A stretch of DNA of 61,201 bases, the filler included. It is 4 parts of 4 records of this genome, joined end to end, with 100 filler letters (N's around TTAATTAATTAA, not from the genome) between each part and the next. Parts side by side here need not be neighbours in the genome. Positions count along the whole stretch, not along the records: positions 21,356 to 41,322 come from DRR378314_1380; 3 more parts are not named here. One strand, written 5' to 3'. Below, in pieces: positions 28,444-38,231 of the stretch. Position 1 is the stretch's first letter. Every line of letters starts with the position of its first letter. The notes below the pieces were generated by a model. The model was not told where the DNA came from, did no database searches, and saw only the letters and a list, made by a program, of their open reading frames with translations. The translations under genes and the position numbers were made by a program.

Positions 28444-29058
28444 ATGAACCGTACCATTACATTATCCGCAGTTGGCGTTGCCGCCGCGTTCCTGTTGGGA
28501 ACGGTTTGGATAACGTCACAAAATACCGGCGGCGACAAGTTTGCACAGTGCCGCGACTCAGCGGTTGCCGGTGATCTGGGCGGGCCATTCGAGCTGGTCA
28601 ATGCAGAGGGTAAGACGGTGACCGATGCTGAGGTGCTGACCGAACCTTCGCTGATCTATTTTGGCTATACCTTCTGCCCTGATGTCTGTCCGATGGATGT
28701 GGATCGCAACGCCTCTGTCATCGAAATACTGGAGGAGCGCGGCAAGGTGGTAACACCGGTTTTCATCACCATTGATCCGGCCCGCGATACGCCACAAGTC
28801 GTTGGTGAATTTGCCGAGGTGATGCATCCGCGCATGGTTGGTCTGACGGGTACACCAGAACAGATCAAGGCGGCCAGCCAAGCCTATAAGACCTATTACA
28901 AAGCGCATCCTGCGGTGGATGACGAATATCTTGTTGATCATTCCACCTTTAGCTATCTCGTTCTACCTGAAGAGGGTTTTGTACAATACTTCCGACGCGA
29001 AACCCCGCCGGAAGCTATGGCCGAACAGATTGGGTGCTTTTTGGATAAAAGCACGTAG
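28444..29058 (+). CDS. senC: SCO family protein SenC/PrrC
   Basis: FGYTFCPDVCP, DPARDT, YLVDHS; between regB and regA. Confidence 0.92.
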   Translation: MNRTITLSAVGVAAAFLLGTVWITSQNTGGDKFAQCRDSAVAGDLGGPFELVNAEGKTVTDAEVLTEPSLIYFGYTFCPDVCPMDVDRNASVIEILEERGKVVTPVFITIDPARDTPQVVGEFAEVMHPRMVGLTGTPEQIKAASQAYKTYYKAHPAVDDEYLVDHSTFSYLVLPEEGFVQYFRRETPPEAMAEQIGCFLDKST

Positions 29059-29134
29059 GGGGGCTTCTTAAATTGACGGATTTGCGCCAAGGTCCATATG
29101 GTATCGCAAGTGAAACGGACTTGAGCGCAAGGAA

Positions 29135-29686
29135 GTGAACATGGACCAGATTGATATCGGACCTGACAAAACGCTGCTGCTGGTGGATGATGACGAACCC
29201 TTCCTGCGCCGCCTTGCCAAGGCCATGGAAAAACGTGGTTTTGAGGTCGAGACCGCTGACAGTGTTGCGGGTGGCCGGGCCATTGCAACGGCCCGCCCGC
29301 CGGCCTTTGCGGTGATTGACCTGCGCCTTGGTGATGGCAATGGATTGGATGTGGTTGAGGTGCTGCGCGAGCGGCGGGCGGATGCACGTGTGGTTGTGCT
29401 GACCGGCTATGGCGCGATTGCAACGGCGGTGGCTGCGGTCAAGATTGGCGCTACGGATTACCTGTCTAAACCGGCGGATGCCAATGACATCACCAATGCG
29501 CTGCTCGCGACTGGCGACGACATGCCGCCACCCCCTGAAAACCCGATGAGTGCGGACCGCGTGCGCTGGGAACACATTCAGCGGGTCTATGAATTATGTG
29601 ATCGCAATGTATCGGAAACCGCGCGTCGGTTGAGCATGCATCGACGGACATTGCAGCGGATATTGGCGAAACGGTCACCGCGCTGA
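29135..29686 (+). CDS. regA: Response regulator RegA/PrrA
   Basis: PPPPENPMSADRVRWEHIQRVYE, NVSETARRLSMHRRTLQRILAKRSPR; start 29135 or 29141. Confidence 0.96.
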   Translation: MNMDQIDIGPDKTLLLVDDDEPFLRRLAKAMEKRGFEVETADSVAGGRAIATARPPAFAVIDLRLGDGNGLDVVEVLRERRADARVVVLTGYGAIATAVAAVKIGATDYLSKPADANDITNALLATGDDMPPPPENPMSADRVRWEHIQRVYELCDRNVSETARRLSMHRRTLQRILAKRSPR

Positions 29687-29695
29687 AACAGCGCC

Positions 29696-29725
29696 AAAAA
29701 AGGGGGTGCCATGCGTGCACCCCCT
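29696..29725 (-). terminator. Intrinsic terminator for the HD-GNAT transcript, within a short repeat region
   Basis: AGGGGGTGC/GCACCCCCT stem; A-run 29696-29701 is the T-tail on the minus strand. Confidence 0.6.
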
Positions 29726-29764
29726 GTACACCCCCCATGCACCGGGCGGTGCATCGCTTATCAG

Positions 29765-30250
29765 CTATAGATCGTAACGCTTGAGGCGCTTGTCGACGAG
29801 ATCGCCATTGGCCATCTCAAACCCTTCGATCACGCCATAATCCTGAAACCCGCGGCTTTGGTAATAAATCAACCCGCCCTCGTTATCGGCGCGAATGTTG
29901 GCGTTGATCCAGATATAACCCAAAGCCTTGGCGGCTTGTTTGGTCGCCTCGAACAGGGCCGATCCGATGCCCAGCCCGGTTTGTCCGATTTGCACGAAGG
30001 TTGCGATATCAACGGCGCCCTGCGGCAGATCGTCTTTTGGATTGATCCATTGGAAGCCGACAATGTTCTCCTTGGCATCGACGGCAACATGCCATGCGCT
30101 GCGCTCTGGCGCGAATGCCATCCGTTCGATCAGATCCGCACCTGTCACCGGCCGCGTCAACGCGGTGGTGCCGCCCTCTGCGATAATCTCGTTCAGCAGA
30201 TCTGCCATATTGGCGGCATCGAAGTTGACGGCCCGTCTTACCTTGATCAT
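29765..30250 (-). CDS. GNAT family N-acetyltransferase
   Basis: G.GIGSALF motif A, NIRADN.GGL.YY...GF. Confidence 0.85.
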   Translation of the reverse strand: MIKVRRAVNFDAANMADLLNEIIAEGGTTALTRPVTGADLIERMAFAPERSAWHVAVDAKENIVGFQWINPKDDLPQGAVDIATFVQIGQTGLGIGSALFEATKQAAKALGYIWINANIRADNEGGLIYYQSRGFQDYGVIEGFEMANGDLVDKRLKRYDL

Positions 30251-30843
30251 GTCATGTCCTTTAACAAAGCGTGATGCCGATCTGTGAAGGCATTGCGTGT
30301 CTCGACGGGTGGGCGCAGCATGATCGACAGCCCGTCCATCAGGGTGGAATCCGGGGTGCCAAAGAATTTGGATGCTTCGGTTTCAGAGAAACCGGCAATC
30401 TGCACCGCTTCCATCCAGGCGCTGACCTTATCGGCCTTTTTAATCTGTTTCTTGACCGAAACCGGAATGCTGGCGGGCAGGCCAAAGCGCAGGTGAATGG
30501 CCGCAGTCAGCCGGTCATCCAATGCACCATATCCGGGGCCAACGGCAGCTTTCACCGGCGAGATCATATCGCCGATCACATATTCAGGCGCATCATGCAG
30601 CAAGGCGGCCAAGCGCCATTTTGTAGGGGCCTTGGGGTTGATACGGCCAAAGATCGTTTCGACCAGCAGCGAATGTTCGGCGACGGAATAGGCATAGTCC
30701 CCATTGGTCTGCCCATTCCAGCGCGCAACAAAGGCCAGACCATGTGCGATGTCTTCGATTTCGATATCCACTGGCGTGGGATCCAGCAGGTCCAGCCTGC
30801 GCCCTGATAACATCCGCTGCCATGCTCTGGGTTGTTGCGCCAT
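30247..30843 (-). CDS. HD-domain hydrolase (YfbR-like 5'-deoxynucleotidase family)
   Basis: MAQQPRAWQRMLSGRRLDLLDP, SVAEHS, LLHDAPE, KKAD. Confidence 0.85.
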   Translation of the reverse strand: MAQQPRAWQRMLSGRRLDLLDPTPVDIEIEDIAHGLAFVARWNGQTNGDYAYSVAEHSLLVETIFGRINPKAPTKWRLAALLHDAPEYVIGDMISPVKAAVGPGYGALDDRLTAAIHLRFGLPASIPVSVKKQIKKADKVSAWMEAVQIAGFSETEASKFFGTPDSTLMDGLSIMLRPPVETRNAFTDRHHALLKDMT

Positions 30844-30919
30844 GCGGCCTGCCCCTACGTCATTAGAATTATTGGAACTATTCTTTGCTTGCCATGTTTT
30901 TCTCATGAAGGAGAGACCG

Positions 30920-31222
30920 ATGAAACTGTTTATTTCGACCCTTACACTTGTTCTGGGGACAACGATTGCAACCTCTGCCGCTGCTGATGAGCCGGTATGC
31001 ATGGCGACAGGCGAGATGAAAGCAGCGCTGACCGATTGGTATGGCGAAACACCGGTTGAGCCGAAGTCGGATGCGCGCGAACAGCTGTGGGTTTCAAAGG
31101 AAACCGGCACCTGGACGATGATCAAAAGCTTTTCCGATGGTAACACCTGTGTGGTTGCACAGGGCGACGATTGGATGATGGGCACGGATGAGGATCAGCT
31201 TTTGGCTGAACTGCGGGATTAG
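30920..31222 (+). CDS. Small secreted hypothetical protein
   Basis: RBS AAGGAG; signal peptide ending AAA; two Cys; GTWT...G..C....G..W. Confidence 0.75.
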   Translation: MKLFISTLTLVLGTTIATSAAADEPVCMATGEMKAALTDWYGETPVEPKSDAREQLWVSKETGTWTMIKSFSDGNTCVVAQGDDWMMGTDEDQLLAELRD

Positions 31223-31311
31223 CTGCTTACAGGGGCGTGATATCTGATCTGTTGAGAGATTGCGCCAAAACTGTTAGGCGGCGGTCAAACAACTTTGACC
31301 GAGGTGCCCAA

Positions 31312-32700
31312 ATGGCAGACGACTATATCGTGAAAGACATCAGCCTTGCAGCTTACGGGCGCAAGGAACTGGATATCGCAGAAACAGAAATGCCGGGCCT
31401 GATGGCGCTGCGCACTGAATACGGCGAGAGCAAACCGTTGAAAGGTGCGCGTATTGTCGGATCACTGCACATGACGATCCAGACTGCGGTATTGATTGAA
31501 ACGCTGGTTGAGCTGGGTGCCGATGTGCGCTGGGCCTCCTGCAACATCTTTTCGACGCAGGACCACGCAGCGGCGGCGATTGCCGAAGGCGGCACACCTG
31601 TTTTTGCGATCAAAGGCCAGAGCCTGACAGAGCATTGGGATTATCTTGATCGTTCGTTCATGTTCCCCGAAGGTCCGAACCTGATCTTGGACGATGGTGG
31701 TGATGCGACACTGTACGTCCTGCTGGGCGCGCGCGCCGAGGCGGGCGAAGATGTGATCGCGGTGCCGACCTCTGAAGAAGAGGAAGCCATCAAGGCGCAG
31801 ATCAAAAAGCGGATGGCGGCCAGCCCCGGTTGGTTTACCAAGATGCGCGACCAGATTGTCGGTGTTTCCGAAGAGACAACAACAGGTGTTCACCGTCTTT
31901 ATGAACTGGTGCGCGATGGCCAGCTGCCGTTCCCCGCAATCAACGTGAACGATTCCGTCACCAAGTCGAAGTTTGACAATAAATACGGTTGTAAGGAATC
32001 GCTGGTGGATGGCATCCGTCGCGCCACTGACACGATGATGGCGGGCAAGGTTGCCGTTGTCATGGGCTATGGTGACGTTGGTAAAGGCTGTGCGGCGTCA
32101 CTGGTCGGTGCGGGCGCACGTGTGATCGTGACCGAAGTTGATCCGATCTGCGCGCTGCAAGCGGCGATGGACGGTTTTCAGGTGACAACGCTTGAAGATG
32201 TGGTTGCCACGGCGGATATTTTCGTGACCACCACTGGCAATAAGGATGTGATCCGCATCGAGCATATGCGCGAGATGAAGGACATGGCGATTGTTGGCAA
32301 CATCGGCCACTTTGACAATGAAATTCAGGTGGCCAGCCTGAAGAACCACAAATGGACCAATATCAAGGAACAGGTGGATATGATCGAGATGCCGAATGGC
32401 AACCGGTTGATCCTGCTGTCCGAGGGGCGTTTGTTGAACCTTGGCAATGCGACGGGCCACCCGTCGTTTGTGATGTCCGCATCTTTCACCAATCAGGTGT
32501 TGGCGCAGATCGAGCTGTGGACCAAGGGCGATGAGTACAAGAACGAGGTTTATATCCTGCCCAAGCATCTGGATGAAAAGGTTGCCCGCCTGCATCTGGA
32601 CCGGATCGGTGTGAAACTGTCCACGCTGAATGCGGAACAGGCGGCCTATATTGGCGTTACACCGGAAGGTCCGTTCAAGCCGGAGCATTACCGTTACTAG
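31312..32700 (+). CDS. ahcY: Adenosylhomocysteinase
   Basis: [46 protein letters not shown]-terminal HYRY. Confidence 0.97.
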   Translation: MADDYIVKDISLAAYGRKELDIAETEMPGLMALRTEYGESKPLKGARIVGSLHMTIQTAVLIETLVELGADVRWASCNIFSTQDHAAAAIAEGGTPVFAIKGQSLTEHWDYLDRSFMFPEGPNLILDDGGDATLYVLLGARAEAGEDVIAVPTSEEEEAIKAQIKKRMAASPGWFTKMRDQIVGVSEETTTGVHRLYELVRDGQLPFPAINVNDSVTKSKFDNKYGCKESLVDGIRRATDTMMAGKVAVVMGYGDVGKGCAASLVGAGARVIVTEVDPICALQAAMDGFQVTTLEDVVATADIFVTTTGNKDVIRIEHMREMKDMAIVGNIGHFDNEIQVASLKNHKWTNIKEQVDMIEMPNGNRLILLSEGRLLNLGNATGHPSFVMSASFTNQVLAQIELWTKGDEYKNEVYILPKHLDEKVARLHLDRIGVKLSTLNAEQAAYIGVTPEGPFKPEHYRY

Positions 32701-32736
32701 GTTTCGTCGCGGCGATTACGCCGTTTGAGGAATTTG

Positions 32737-32770
32737 AAACGCCGGAGCATTTATGTGTTCCGGCGTTTTT
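32737..32770 (+). terminator. Intrinsic terminator after ahcY
   Basis: AAACGCCGGAGCAT-TTAT-GTGTTCCGGCGTTTTT. Confidence 0.8.
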
Positions 32771-32780
32771 CGTAGTGGGA

Positions 32781-33380
32781 TCAACTGGTAAGGGGGGACA
32801 CAAACCCTTCGCGGATCACGGCGCTGTCATAGGCTTTGCGCGCAAAGACCTCGCGCAGCATTGGCTCGAAATGTGCAAGCGCTTCAGTTTCATATGCCGG
32901 ATCAAAAGACGCCTGATCCCAGCGTTCGCAAAACGCCGCACAGCTGTCGAAACAGGGGTGATCCCTGAATTTATCGCGGGCGTTTTCATCCCAGCCGTAG
33001 TGGTGTGCATAATAGATCATCTGGAAAATACCATGGTGTTCGACCACCCATGCCACATCCCAACGCACATAGGGGCGGATCACTTCGGCCGAGAAACGGT
33101 CGTGGTTCTGCGGGGCAAGCCCGTCGCCAATATCGTGCAATAATGCGCCAACGATCCAATCAATATCAGCCCCATCCCGCTGTGCCCGTGTTGCCGCTTG
33201 CAGACCGTGATCCAAACGGGTGATCTTGTACCCTTCGATCGAGGCCTGACCCTGGCGGCGTAATTCGTCGAGCACACGGTCTGCGGTCAATGCAACATAG
33301 GCATGTTCCGAGTTTGCCAAGAGTTCATAATCGGCCTTGGTGCCGTCCTTCATCTGGGTAAAGCTGACGTTCTGTGCCAT
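32781..33380 (-). CDS. HD-domain protein, PhnZ/TmpB-like diiron type
   Basis: LDHGLQAAT, LLHDIGD, NH, EHH, RWD ligand spacing. Confidence 0.75.
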   Translation of the reverse strand: MAQNVSFTQMKDGTKADYELLANSEHAYVALTADRVLDELRRQGQASIEGYKITRLDHGLQAATRAQRDGADIDWIVGALLHDIGDGLAPQNHDRFSAEVIRPYVRWDVAWVVEHHGIFQMIYYAHHYGWDENARDKFRDHPCFDSCAAFCERWDQASFDPAYETEALAHFEPMLREVFARKAYDSAVIREGFVSPLTS

Positions 33381-33531
33381 GCGCATCCTCCGATTTTGCA
33401 TGTTGTGATCGTGGTTGGTTTTGCGAGGGGGAGCAACAGGGCAATTTCCCCTTTGTCCCTGCAAAATTAACGAATAGTGTCGGTTTTAAGGCCGGAATGG
33501 CCGATCATGTAACCAAAGTTGGGAGAAATTT

Positions 33532-33873
33532 ATGGGCAAACGGGATGAGTGGATCGCAAAATATGCGGACGATCTGAAGAACAAATGCGGCATTACGCCG
33601 GATATGGATCTTTTGACGAAGGTGACGATTGGCTGTGGCCCGTCTATCTATAATGCAGATGCCCAGACTGTTGCCGCCGGTCAGGCAAGCGAGCTTGAGA
33701 CCGTCAAAAACAATTTCCTGATCAAGAAGCTCGGCCTGCCCGATGGTCCGAACCTGATGGAAGAGATCAACAAGGCGATTGAGACTTATGGCAAATCAGA
33801 GCGCAATAAATACCGCGCTGTTGTTTATTACATGCTGACAAAACAGCTAGGTAAAGAAGCCGTCTACGGCTAA
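33532..33873 (+). CDS. DUF2853 family protein
   Basis: KVTIGCGPSIYNADA, VKNNFLIKKLGL, KYRAVVYYML. Confidence 0.8.
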   Translation: MGKRDEWIAKYADDLKNKCGITPDMDLLTKVTIGCGPSIYNADAQTVAAGQASELETVKNNFLIKKLGLPDGPNLMEEINKAIETYGKSERNKYRAVVYYMLTKQLGKEAVYG

Positions 33874-33891
33874 GGCCCATACCGAAGAACA

Positions 33892-33928
33892 GCTAATGCG
33901 CCCGCGGTTTAGACAGCGGGCGTTTAGC
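33892..33928 (+). terminator. Hairpin after the DUF2853 gene
   Basis: GCTAA-TGCGCCCGC...GCGGGCGT-TTAGC stem; weak T-tail. Confidence 0.5.
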
Positions 33929-33992
33929 ATTTGAAAAGTAATTTAGATATCAATTGCTTGGCTTAGACCGGGTGTTTTGCTAGACATTGTTC

Positions 33993-34090
33993 AACGGCTA
34001 GGATGGCCAGAACATATTTCGATACGTGTGTGGGTAGTGGAGCACGCGGGGTGAGAAAGGGTTCTGGTGATCATGCCGGAACCCTTTTTT
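33993..34090 (+). ncRNA. Candidate ~100-nt intergenic small RNA
   Basis: TTGGCT-N17-TAGACA (33958-33986) upstream; strong terminator 34056-34090; no complete ORF between them. Confidence 0.35.
34056..34090 (+). terminator. Strong intrinsic terminator
   Basis: AAAGGGTTCTGG-TGATCATG-CCGGAACCCTTTTTT. Confidence 0.75.
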
Positions 34091-34199
34091 CCGCGCTTCT
34101 AGATCGCCCCTTCTTAAACATAAACGCTTGTTCGCGACCTCTCTCTTTGATCGAACGCGAAAAGCGATGTTTGCTGCTTCAGGTTAAAGGTGGAACGCC

Positions 34200-34592
34200 T
34201 TAGAACAGGGTCAGGACCAGACCCATAAGCGCGCAGCCGAATGTTGCATAGCCGCCGTCAATCAGGGTCAGCCGGAAAGGTCGGCCACCATAGCCATTGT
34301 TGATCATGATCCAAGGGCTGATGAAAAACAGGCCGATGCCCAGACCGGAAATCAGCCCTTTACCGGCAGTATCAATTTGCAACAGGGCAAATGTGTGGCG
34401 CATCATGCCGGCGACAAGAACCATCGCAACAGCGGCCATGATGAAGGGCAACGGTGATTTATCCACGGGCTTTCCATCTGCATCGACCTGAATACCGGTC
34501 GCTGCAACCCATGGTTTGGCAAGCATCATATACCAGATGGCCCCAAACCCAAACCCGGCCGCTGCGGCGACGATGACTGCTACAAGTTCCAT
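34200..34592 (-). CDS. DUF1761 family membrane protein
   Basis: FGAIWY...KPW, four hydrophobic helices, LIDGGY. Confidence 0.75.
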   Translation of the reverse strand: MELVAVIVAAAAGFGFGAIWYMMLAKPWVAATGIQVDADGKPVDKSPLPFIMAAVAMVLVAGMMRHTFALLQIDTAGKGLISGLGIGLFFISPWIMINNGYGGRPFRLTLIDGGYATFGCALMGLVLTLF

Positions 34593-34646
34593 ATCAACCT
34601 CCGACATTTGTGTACGGGGTAGTATGCGCAGGCTTGGCGCATTTGG

Positions 34647-35066
34647 CTATGGTTTCGTCTGGCCCATGGTGCAAACCAACTGCCATTCAGCATCGGTGAC
34701 AGGTTGAACTGACAGGCGGGAGTTGCGCACAAGGACCATATCGGCAAGCCGTTCCTCGGCTTTGATCTGATCCAGCGTGACGGGTTTGACAAAGGGGCGC
34801 ACGGCCTGAATATCGACGCATTCCCAACGCGGATCATCGGTTGTGCTGTCAGGATGTGCCTCTGCAATGACCTTGACGATGCCGACCACGGATTTCTCTT
34901 TCATCGAATGATAAAAGAACCCCAGATCGCCGATTTTCATCTCGCGCATGAAATTGCGGGCCTGATAGTTGCGCACGCCATCCCATTCCTCGCCAGCTTC
35001 TCCTTTGGCCAGCTGATCGTCCCAACCCCATGTGTTAGGCTCTGATTTGAACAGCCAATAGGCCAT
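34647..35066 (-). CDS. EVE domain protein
   Basis: MAYWLFKSEP, WDGVRNYQARN, FFYHS, RLSVQPV. Confidence 0.92.
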   Translation of the reverse strand: MAYWLFKSEPNTWGWDDQLAKGEAGEEWDGVRNYQARNFMREMKIGDLGFFYHSMKEKSVVGIVKVIAEAHPDSTTDDPRWECVDIQAVRPFVKPVTLDQIKAEERLADMVLVRNSRLSVQPVTDAEWQLVCTMGQTKP

Positions 35067-35338
35067 TATCCCACCACCTTGACCCATTCGCGCAGGGTCA
35101 CGCTCTGGAACAATCCGGCTTTTGCGTAGGGGTCATTTGCGGCCCAGCTTTCAGCGGCAGCAAGATCAGGCACATCCAGCACGATCATGGAGCCGCACAT
35201 TTCGCCCTGAGTGTCTTTCATCGGCCCGGCGAGGGTCACGCATCCGGTGGATTCAATATAGGCAAGATGCGCCTCGCGGTTTTCCTTGCGCACCGGCAGG
35301 GCACCGGATTTGTCATGAGCCATCAAACAGACAAGCAT
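35066..35338 (-). CDS. YciI family protein
   Basis: R.AHLAY, AGP, GSMIV, DPYAKAGLF. Confidence 0.88.
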   Translation of the reverse strand: MLVCLMAHDKSGALPVRKENREAHLAYIESTGCVTLAGPMKDTQGEMCGSMIVLDVPDLAAAESWAANDPYAKAGLFQSVTLREWVKVVG

Positions 35339-35339
35339 T

Positions 35340-36293
35340 TCATTCTTCCTTTAACGGGCGCGCCAAGAGGCCACGCATTGCGGTTGCTACATCTAGCCTG
35401 TTCTCAAGCAAGCCTGCAACGGCTGCAGTGATCGGCAGATCAAGTGCGTTGTCCTGTGCCAGCTGATGCACAGCCTGCGCGGTGGCGGCCCCTTCGACGG
35501 TGGTACTTGGGTCAAATGGGGTGCCCTGGCCCATAGACATGCCAAGACTGTAGTTGCGCGACTGCTGGGATGTACAGGTCAGGGTCAGATCGCCAAAACC
35601 GGACAGGCCAGCCAGGGTTTGCGGGTCAGCGCGCAAATGGGCCGCCAGTCGCTGCATCTCGGCAAAGCCACGTGTCATCAATGCGGCACGTGCGCTTTCA
35701 CCCAGACCAGCCCCCATCGCGGTGCCACAGGCAATTGCGATGACGTTTTTCAACGCGCCGCCCAGTTCGGCGCCGCTGGTGTCGGTGGTGCGATAGAGCC
35801 GCAGATTTGCCGTGCTTAGTCTCTGCTGAAGGTGTTTTCCGATCTCATCATCGGTGCAGGCAAGGGTAAGGGCGGTTGGCAGCCCCCGTGCAATGTCACG
35901 TGCAAAGCTGGGACCGGTCAGAATGGCGGGCACGGCGGTTGGGATCACGTCAGCGATGACGGAAACCGGGCCGGTGCCGGTGGAGATTTCGATGCCCTTG
36001 CAACAGGCCACAAGAGATTTTCCGGCCAGTGCTGTTGCATTGGCACTGAGAAACCCACGCAGTTTCTGGGTAGGTACAGCGATCAACAGAGTGTCGGCGG
36101 TGGTGGCATATGCCAGATCATCCGTTAAGAACAGCGCATCGGGGAAAGGGCAGCCCGCCAGCCGCGCAGTATTTTCACGCTGTTTGGCCATGTGGCCCGC
36201 GTCACGCGCCCAAAGGGTGACGGGACCGTTTCGAGACAGTGAAATTGCCAGCGCCGTGCCAAAGGCCCCTGCGCCCAGAACCGCGACACTCAT
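35340..36293 (-). CDS. gpsA: NAD(P)H-dependent glycerol-3-phosphate dehydrogenase
   Basis: [34 protein letters not shown]...SRN. Confidence 0.94.
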   Translation of the reverse strand: MSVAVLGAGAFGTALAISLSRNGPVTLWARDAGHMAKQRENTARLAGCPFPDALFLTDDLAYATTADTLLIAVPTQKLRGFLSANATALAGKSLVACCKGIEISTGTGPVSVIADVIPTAVPAILTGPSFARDIARGLPTALTLACTDDEIGKHLQQRLSTANLRLYRTTDTSGAELGGALKNVIAIACGTAMGAGLGESARAALMTRGFAEMQRLAAHLRADPQTLAGLSGFGDLTLTCTSQQSRNYSLGMSMGQGTPFDPSTTVEGAATAQAVHQLAQDNALDLPITAAVAGLLENRLDVATAMRGLLARPLKEE

Positions 36294-37381
36294 GCTTTGG
36301 CCCCCTTTTTGCCACTGCCCAACATGCCGGGCTGTGAGGTATCCAAGGGCCAGCGCGGACGGGCGGACAGGGTCAGGTCGTCATATGGGCGATGGCGCGA
36401 TTGCTCTGCACCGGCATAGGCGATCATGGCGGCATTATCGGTGCAAAGGGCAAGGGGTGGGGCGATAAAGCTTGTTTCAAATTCCGCTGAAACAGTCTCT
36501 AACTCGGCGCGAATGGCCTGATTTGCGGCAACGCCACCAGCAACGCACAGGGTACGGGAGGCACCATCAGGATAGGTTGCCAATGCGCGGCGGGTCTTTT
36601 CCGCAAGCACGTCAACCACTGCCGCTTGAAAGCCAGCGGCAAGGTCGGCCTGATCCTGCGGGGTCAGCCCGCCCTTGTCGGCAACCACAGCATCACGGGC
36701 GCGCAGCACTGCGGTTTTTAACCCGGAGAAAGACATGTCGCAGCCGGGACGATCCAACAGCGGGCGGGGCAGGGCAAAGCGTTTGGGGTCACCGGATTTG
36801 GCTGCGGTTTCGATCGAGGGGCCGCCGGGTTGGGGCAGGCTGATCAGGCGGGCGACCTTGTCAAACGCCTCGCCCGGGGCGTCGTCGATTGTCCCGCCCA
36901 GGCGTTTGAAGTCATCCGGCCCATGGACCATCAGGAACTGGCAATGCCCGCCAGAGACCAGCAACATCAGATAGGGGTAGGGCACATCATCGGTCAGGCG
37001 CGGTGTTAGGGCATGACCGGCAAGATGGTTCACACCGAACAGCGGTTTACCCGTGGCAAGGGACAGGCCCTTGGCGCACATCACGCCGGACACCACACCA
37101 CCGATCAGGCCGGGACCTGCGGTGACGGCGATCAAATCAATCTCTGCCAAGGTGGTTTTGGCCTGTGTTAGAGCCTGTTCTACACAGAAATCCAGTTTCT
37201 CTGCATGGGCGCGGGCGGCGATCTCTGGCACGACACCACCAAAGGCGGCATGCAGATCGACCTGTCCGTCTACAACAGAAGAAAGCACCGTTGCGCGGCC
37301 CGAGGCAGGCAGGTGTACAACAGCGGCTGCGGTATCGTCGCAGCTGCTTTCCAATCCCAGAACTGTAAGTGCGGTTGGCAT
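36290..37381 (-). CDS. tsaD: tRNA N6-adenosine threonylcarbamoyltransferase
   Basis: [45 protein letters not shown]. Confidence 0.96.
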   Translation of the reverse strand: MPTALTVLGLESSCDDTAAAVVHLPASGRATVLSSVVDGQVDLHAAFGGVVPEIAARAHAEKLDFCVEQALTQAKTTLAEIDLIAVTAGPGLIGGVVSGVMCAKGLSLATGKPLFGVNHLAGHALTPRLTDDVPYPYLMLLVSGGHCQFLMVHGPDDFKRLGGTIDDAPGEAFDKVARLISLPQPGGPSIETAAKSGDPKRFALPRPLLDRPGCDMSFSGLKTAVLRARDAVVADKGGLTPQDQADLAAGFQAAVVDVLAEKTRRALATYPDGASRTLCVAGGVAANQAIRAELETVSAEFETSFIAPPLALCTDNAAMIAYAGAEQSRHRPYDDLTLSARPRWPLDTSQPGMLGSGKKGAKA

Positions 37382-37440
37382 GGCGGCTTTCCGTTGCAAG
37401 GGGGGTATCCCGCAGGTATCACCACAGGGGATGGCAAACA

Positions 37441-38160
37441 ATGCTTGGACCTCAAATGTATAAGCGCGCGCTGCTTTTGACGCGGCCGGATGACAGTGCC
37501 GCGCGGTTTGTCGCGCGGCTGTCTGACTGTGCCATGCAGAGTGTGACCACCTGCTTTTCCCCTTTGTTAGAGATTGTTTCGACGGGAGAAACCGCTGATC
37601 TGACGCAGGTTGACGCTGTGATCTTCACCTCTGCGCGGGCAGTGGAATTCGTGCCGGCTGTATCACAGTTTGCCGCATTTTGCGTTGGTGTGCAGACAGC
37701 CGAAGCGGCGCGGTCAAACGGTTGGGATGTGAAACTGGTGGCGCAGACGGCGGATGCTTTGGTTGCATCCATGCGCGCCGCAAAAGTCAAAGGGCGGTTG
37801 CTGCATCTGGCGGGGGTGCATCGGCGGGGACAAATCGCCGCACGCCTGGGCGAAACCGGCAGTTTGGTGGAGGTGGTGCCCCTGTATGAGCAACGGTTGT
37901 TGCCGCTGTCGGATGCGGCGAAAGACCTGTTTTCGGGGGAAATCCCCGTTGTTGTTCCCCTATTTTCCCCGCGTACAGCTGCGCAATTTGTGGATCAGGC
38001 ACCTGAACTGGGGCGCGTTGTTGTAGCGGCGATCAGCCCCGCCGTAGCGCAGGTTTTTGAAAGCGGTTCAGTCAAAGCGATGCATATTGCAGAGGCACCA
38101 ACCGGAGATGATATGGCCCGATTGGTTGAAATGCTTTTATGCCACGATAGGTTACCTTGA
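37441..38160 (+). CDS. hemD: Uroporphyrinogen-III synthase
   Basis: LLTRP, FTSA.AV, VG..TA, FSPRTA; upstream of COG4223-hemY; start 37441 or 37456. Confidence 0.82.
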   Translation: MLGPQMYKRALLLTRPDDSAARFVARLSDCAMQSVTTCFSPLLEIVSTGETADLTQVDAVIFTSARAVEFVPAVSQFAAFCVGVQTAEAARSNGWDVKLVAQTADALVASMRAAKVKGRLLHLAGVHRRGQIAARLGETGSLVEVVPLYEQRLLPLSDAAKDLFSGEIPVVVPLFSPRTAAQFVDQAPELGRVVVAAISPAVAQVFESGSVKAMHIAEAPTGDDMARLVEMLLCHDRLP

Positions 38161-38231
38161 AGCGGGATAGTGTTGGCGGCTAAGGTATCAGAGTTCATCT
38201 GGTGCGAGCCAGAATCAGAAGGGTATGCAGT

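Noticed and set aside
30844-31185. Long N-terminal extension of the HD hydrolase (312-aa ORF)
   Set aside because: It overlaps the opposite-strand secreted protein gene; family similarity starts at MAQQPRAWQRM (30843).
31282-31301. Hairpin CGGTCAAA-CAAC-TTTGACCG next to the ahcY RBS as an SAH or SAM riboswitch
   Set aside because: Only a simple 8-bp stem; no riboswitch consensus recognised. An Rfam search would be needed.
34003-34203. 66-aa ORF in the DUF2853-DUF1761 gap
   Set aside because: Runs through a strong terminator and has no recognisable protein features.
34647-35066. EVE domain gene as a modification-dependent defence system
   Set aside because: Stand-alone EVE in the ordinary tsaD-gpsA-yciI-EVE cluster, with no nuclease fused or adjacent.
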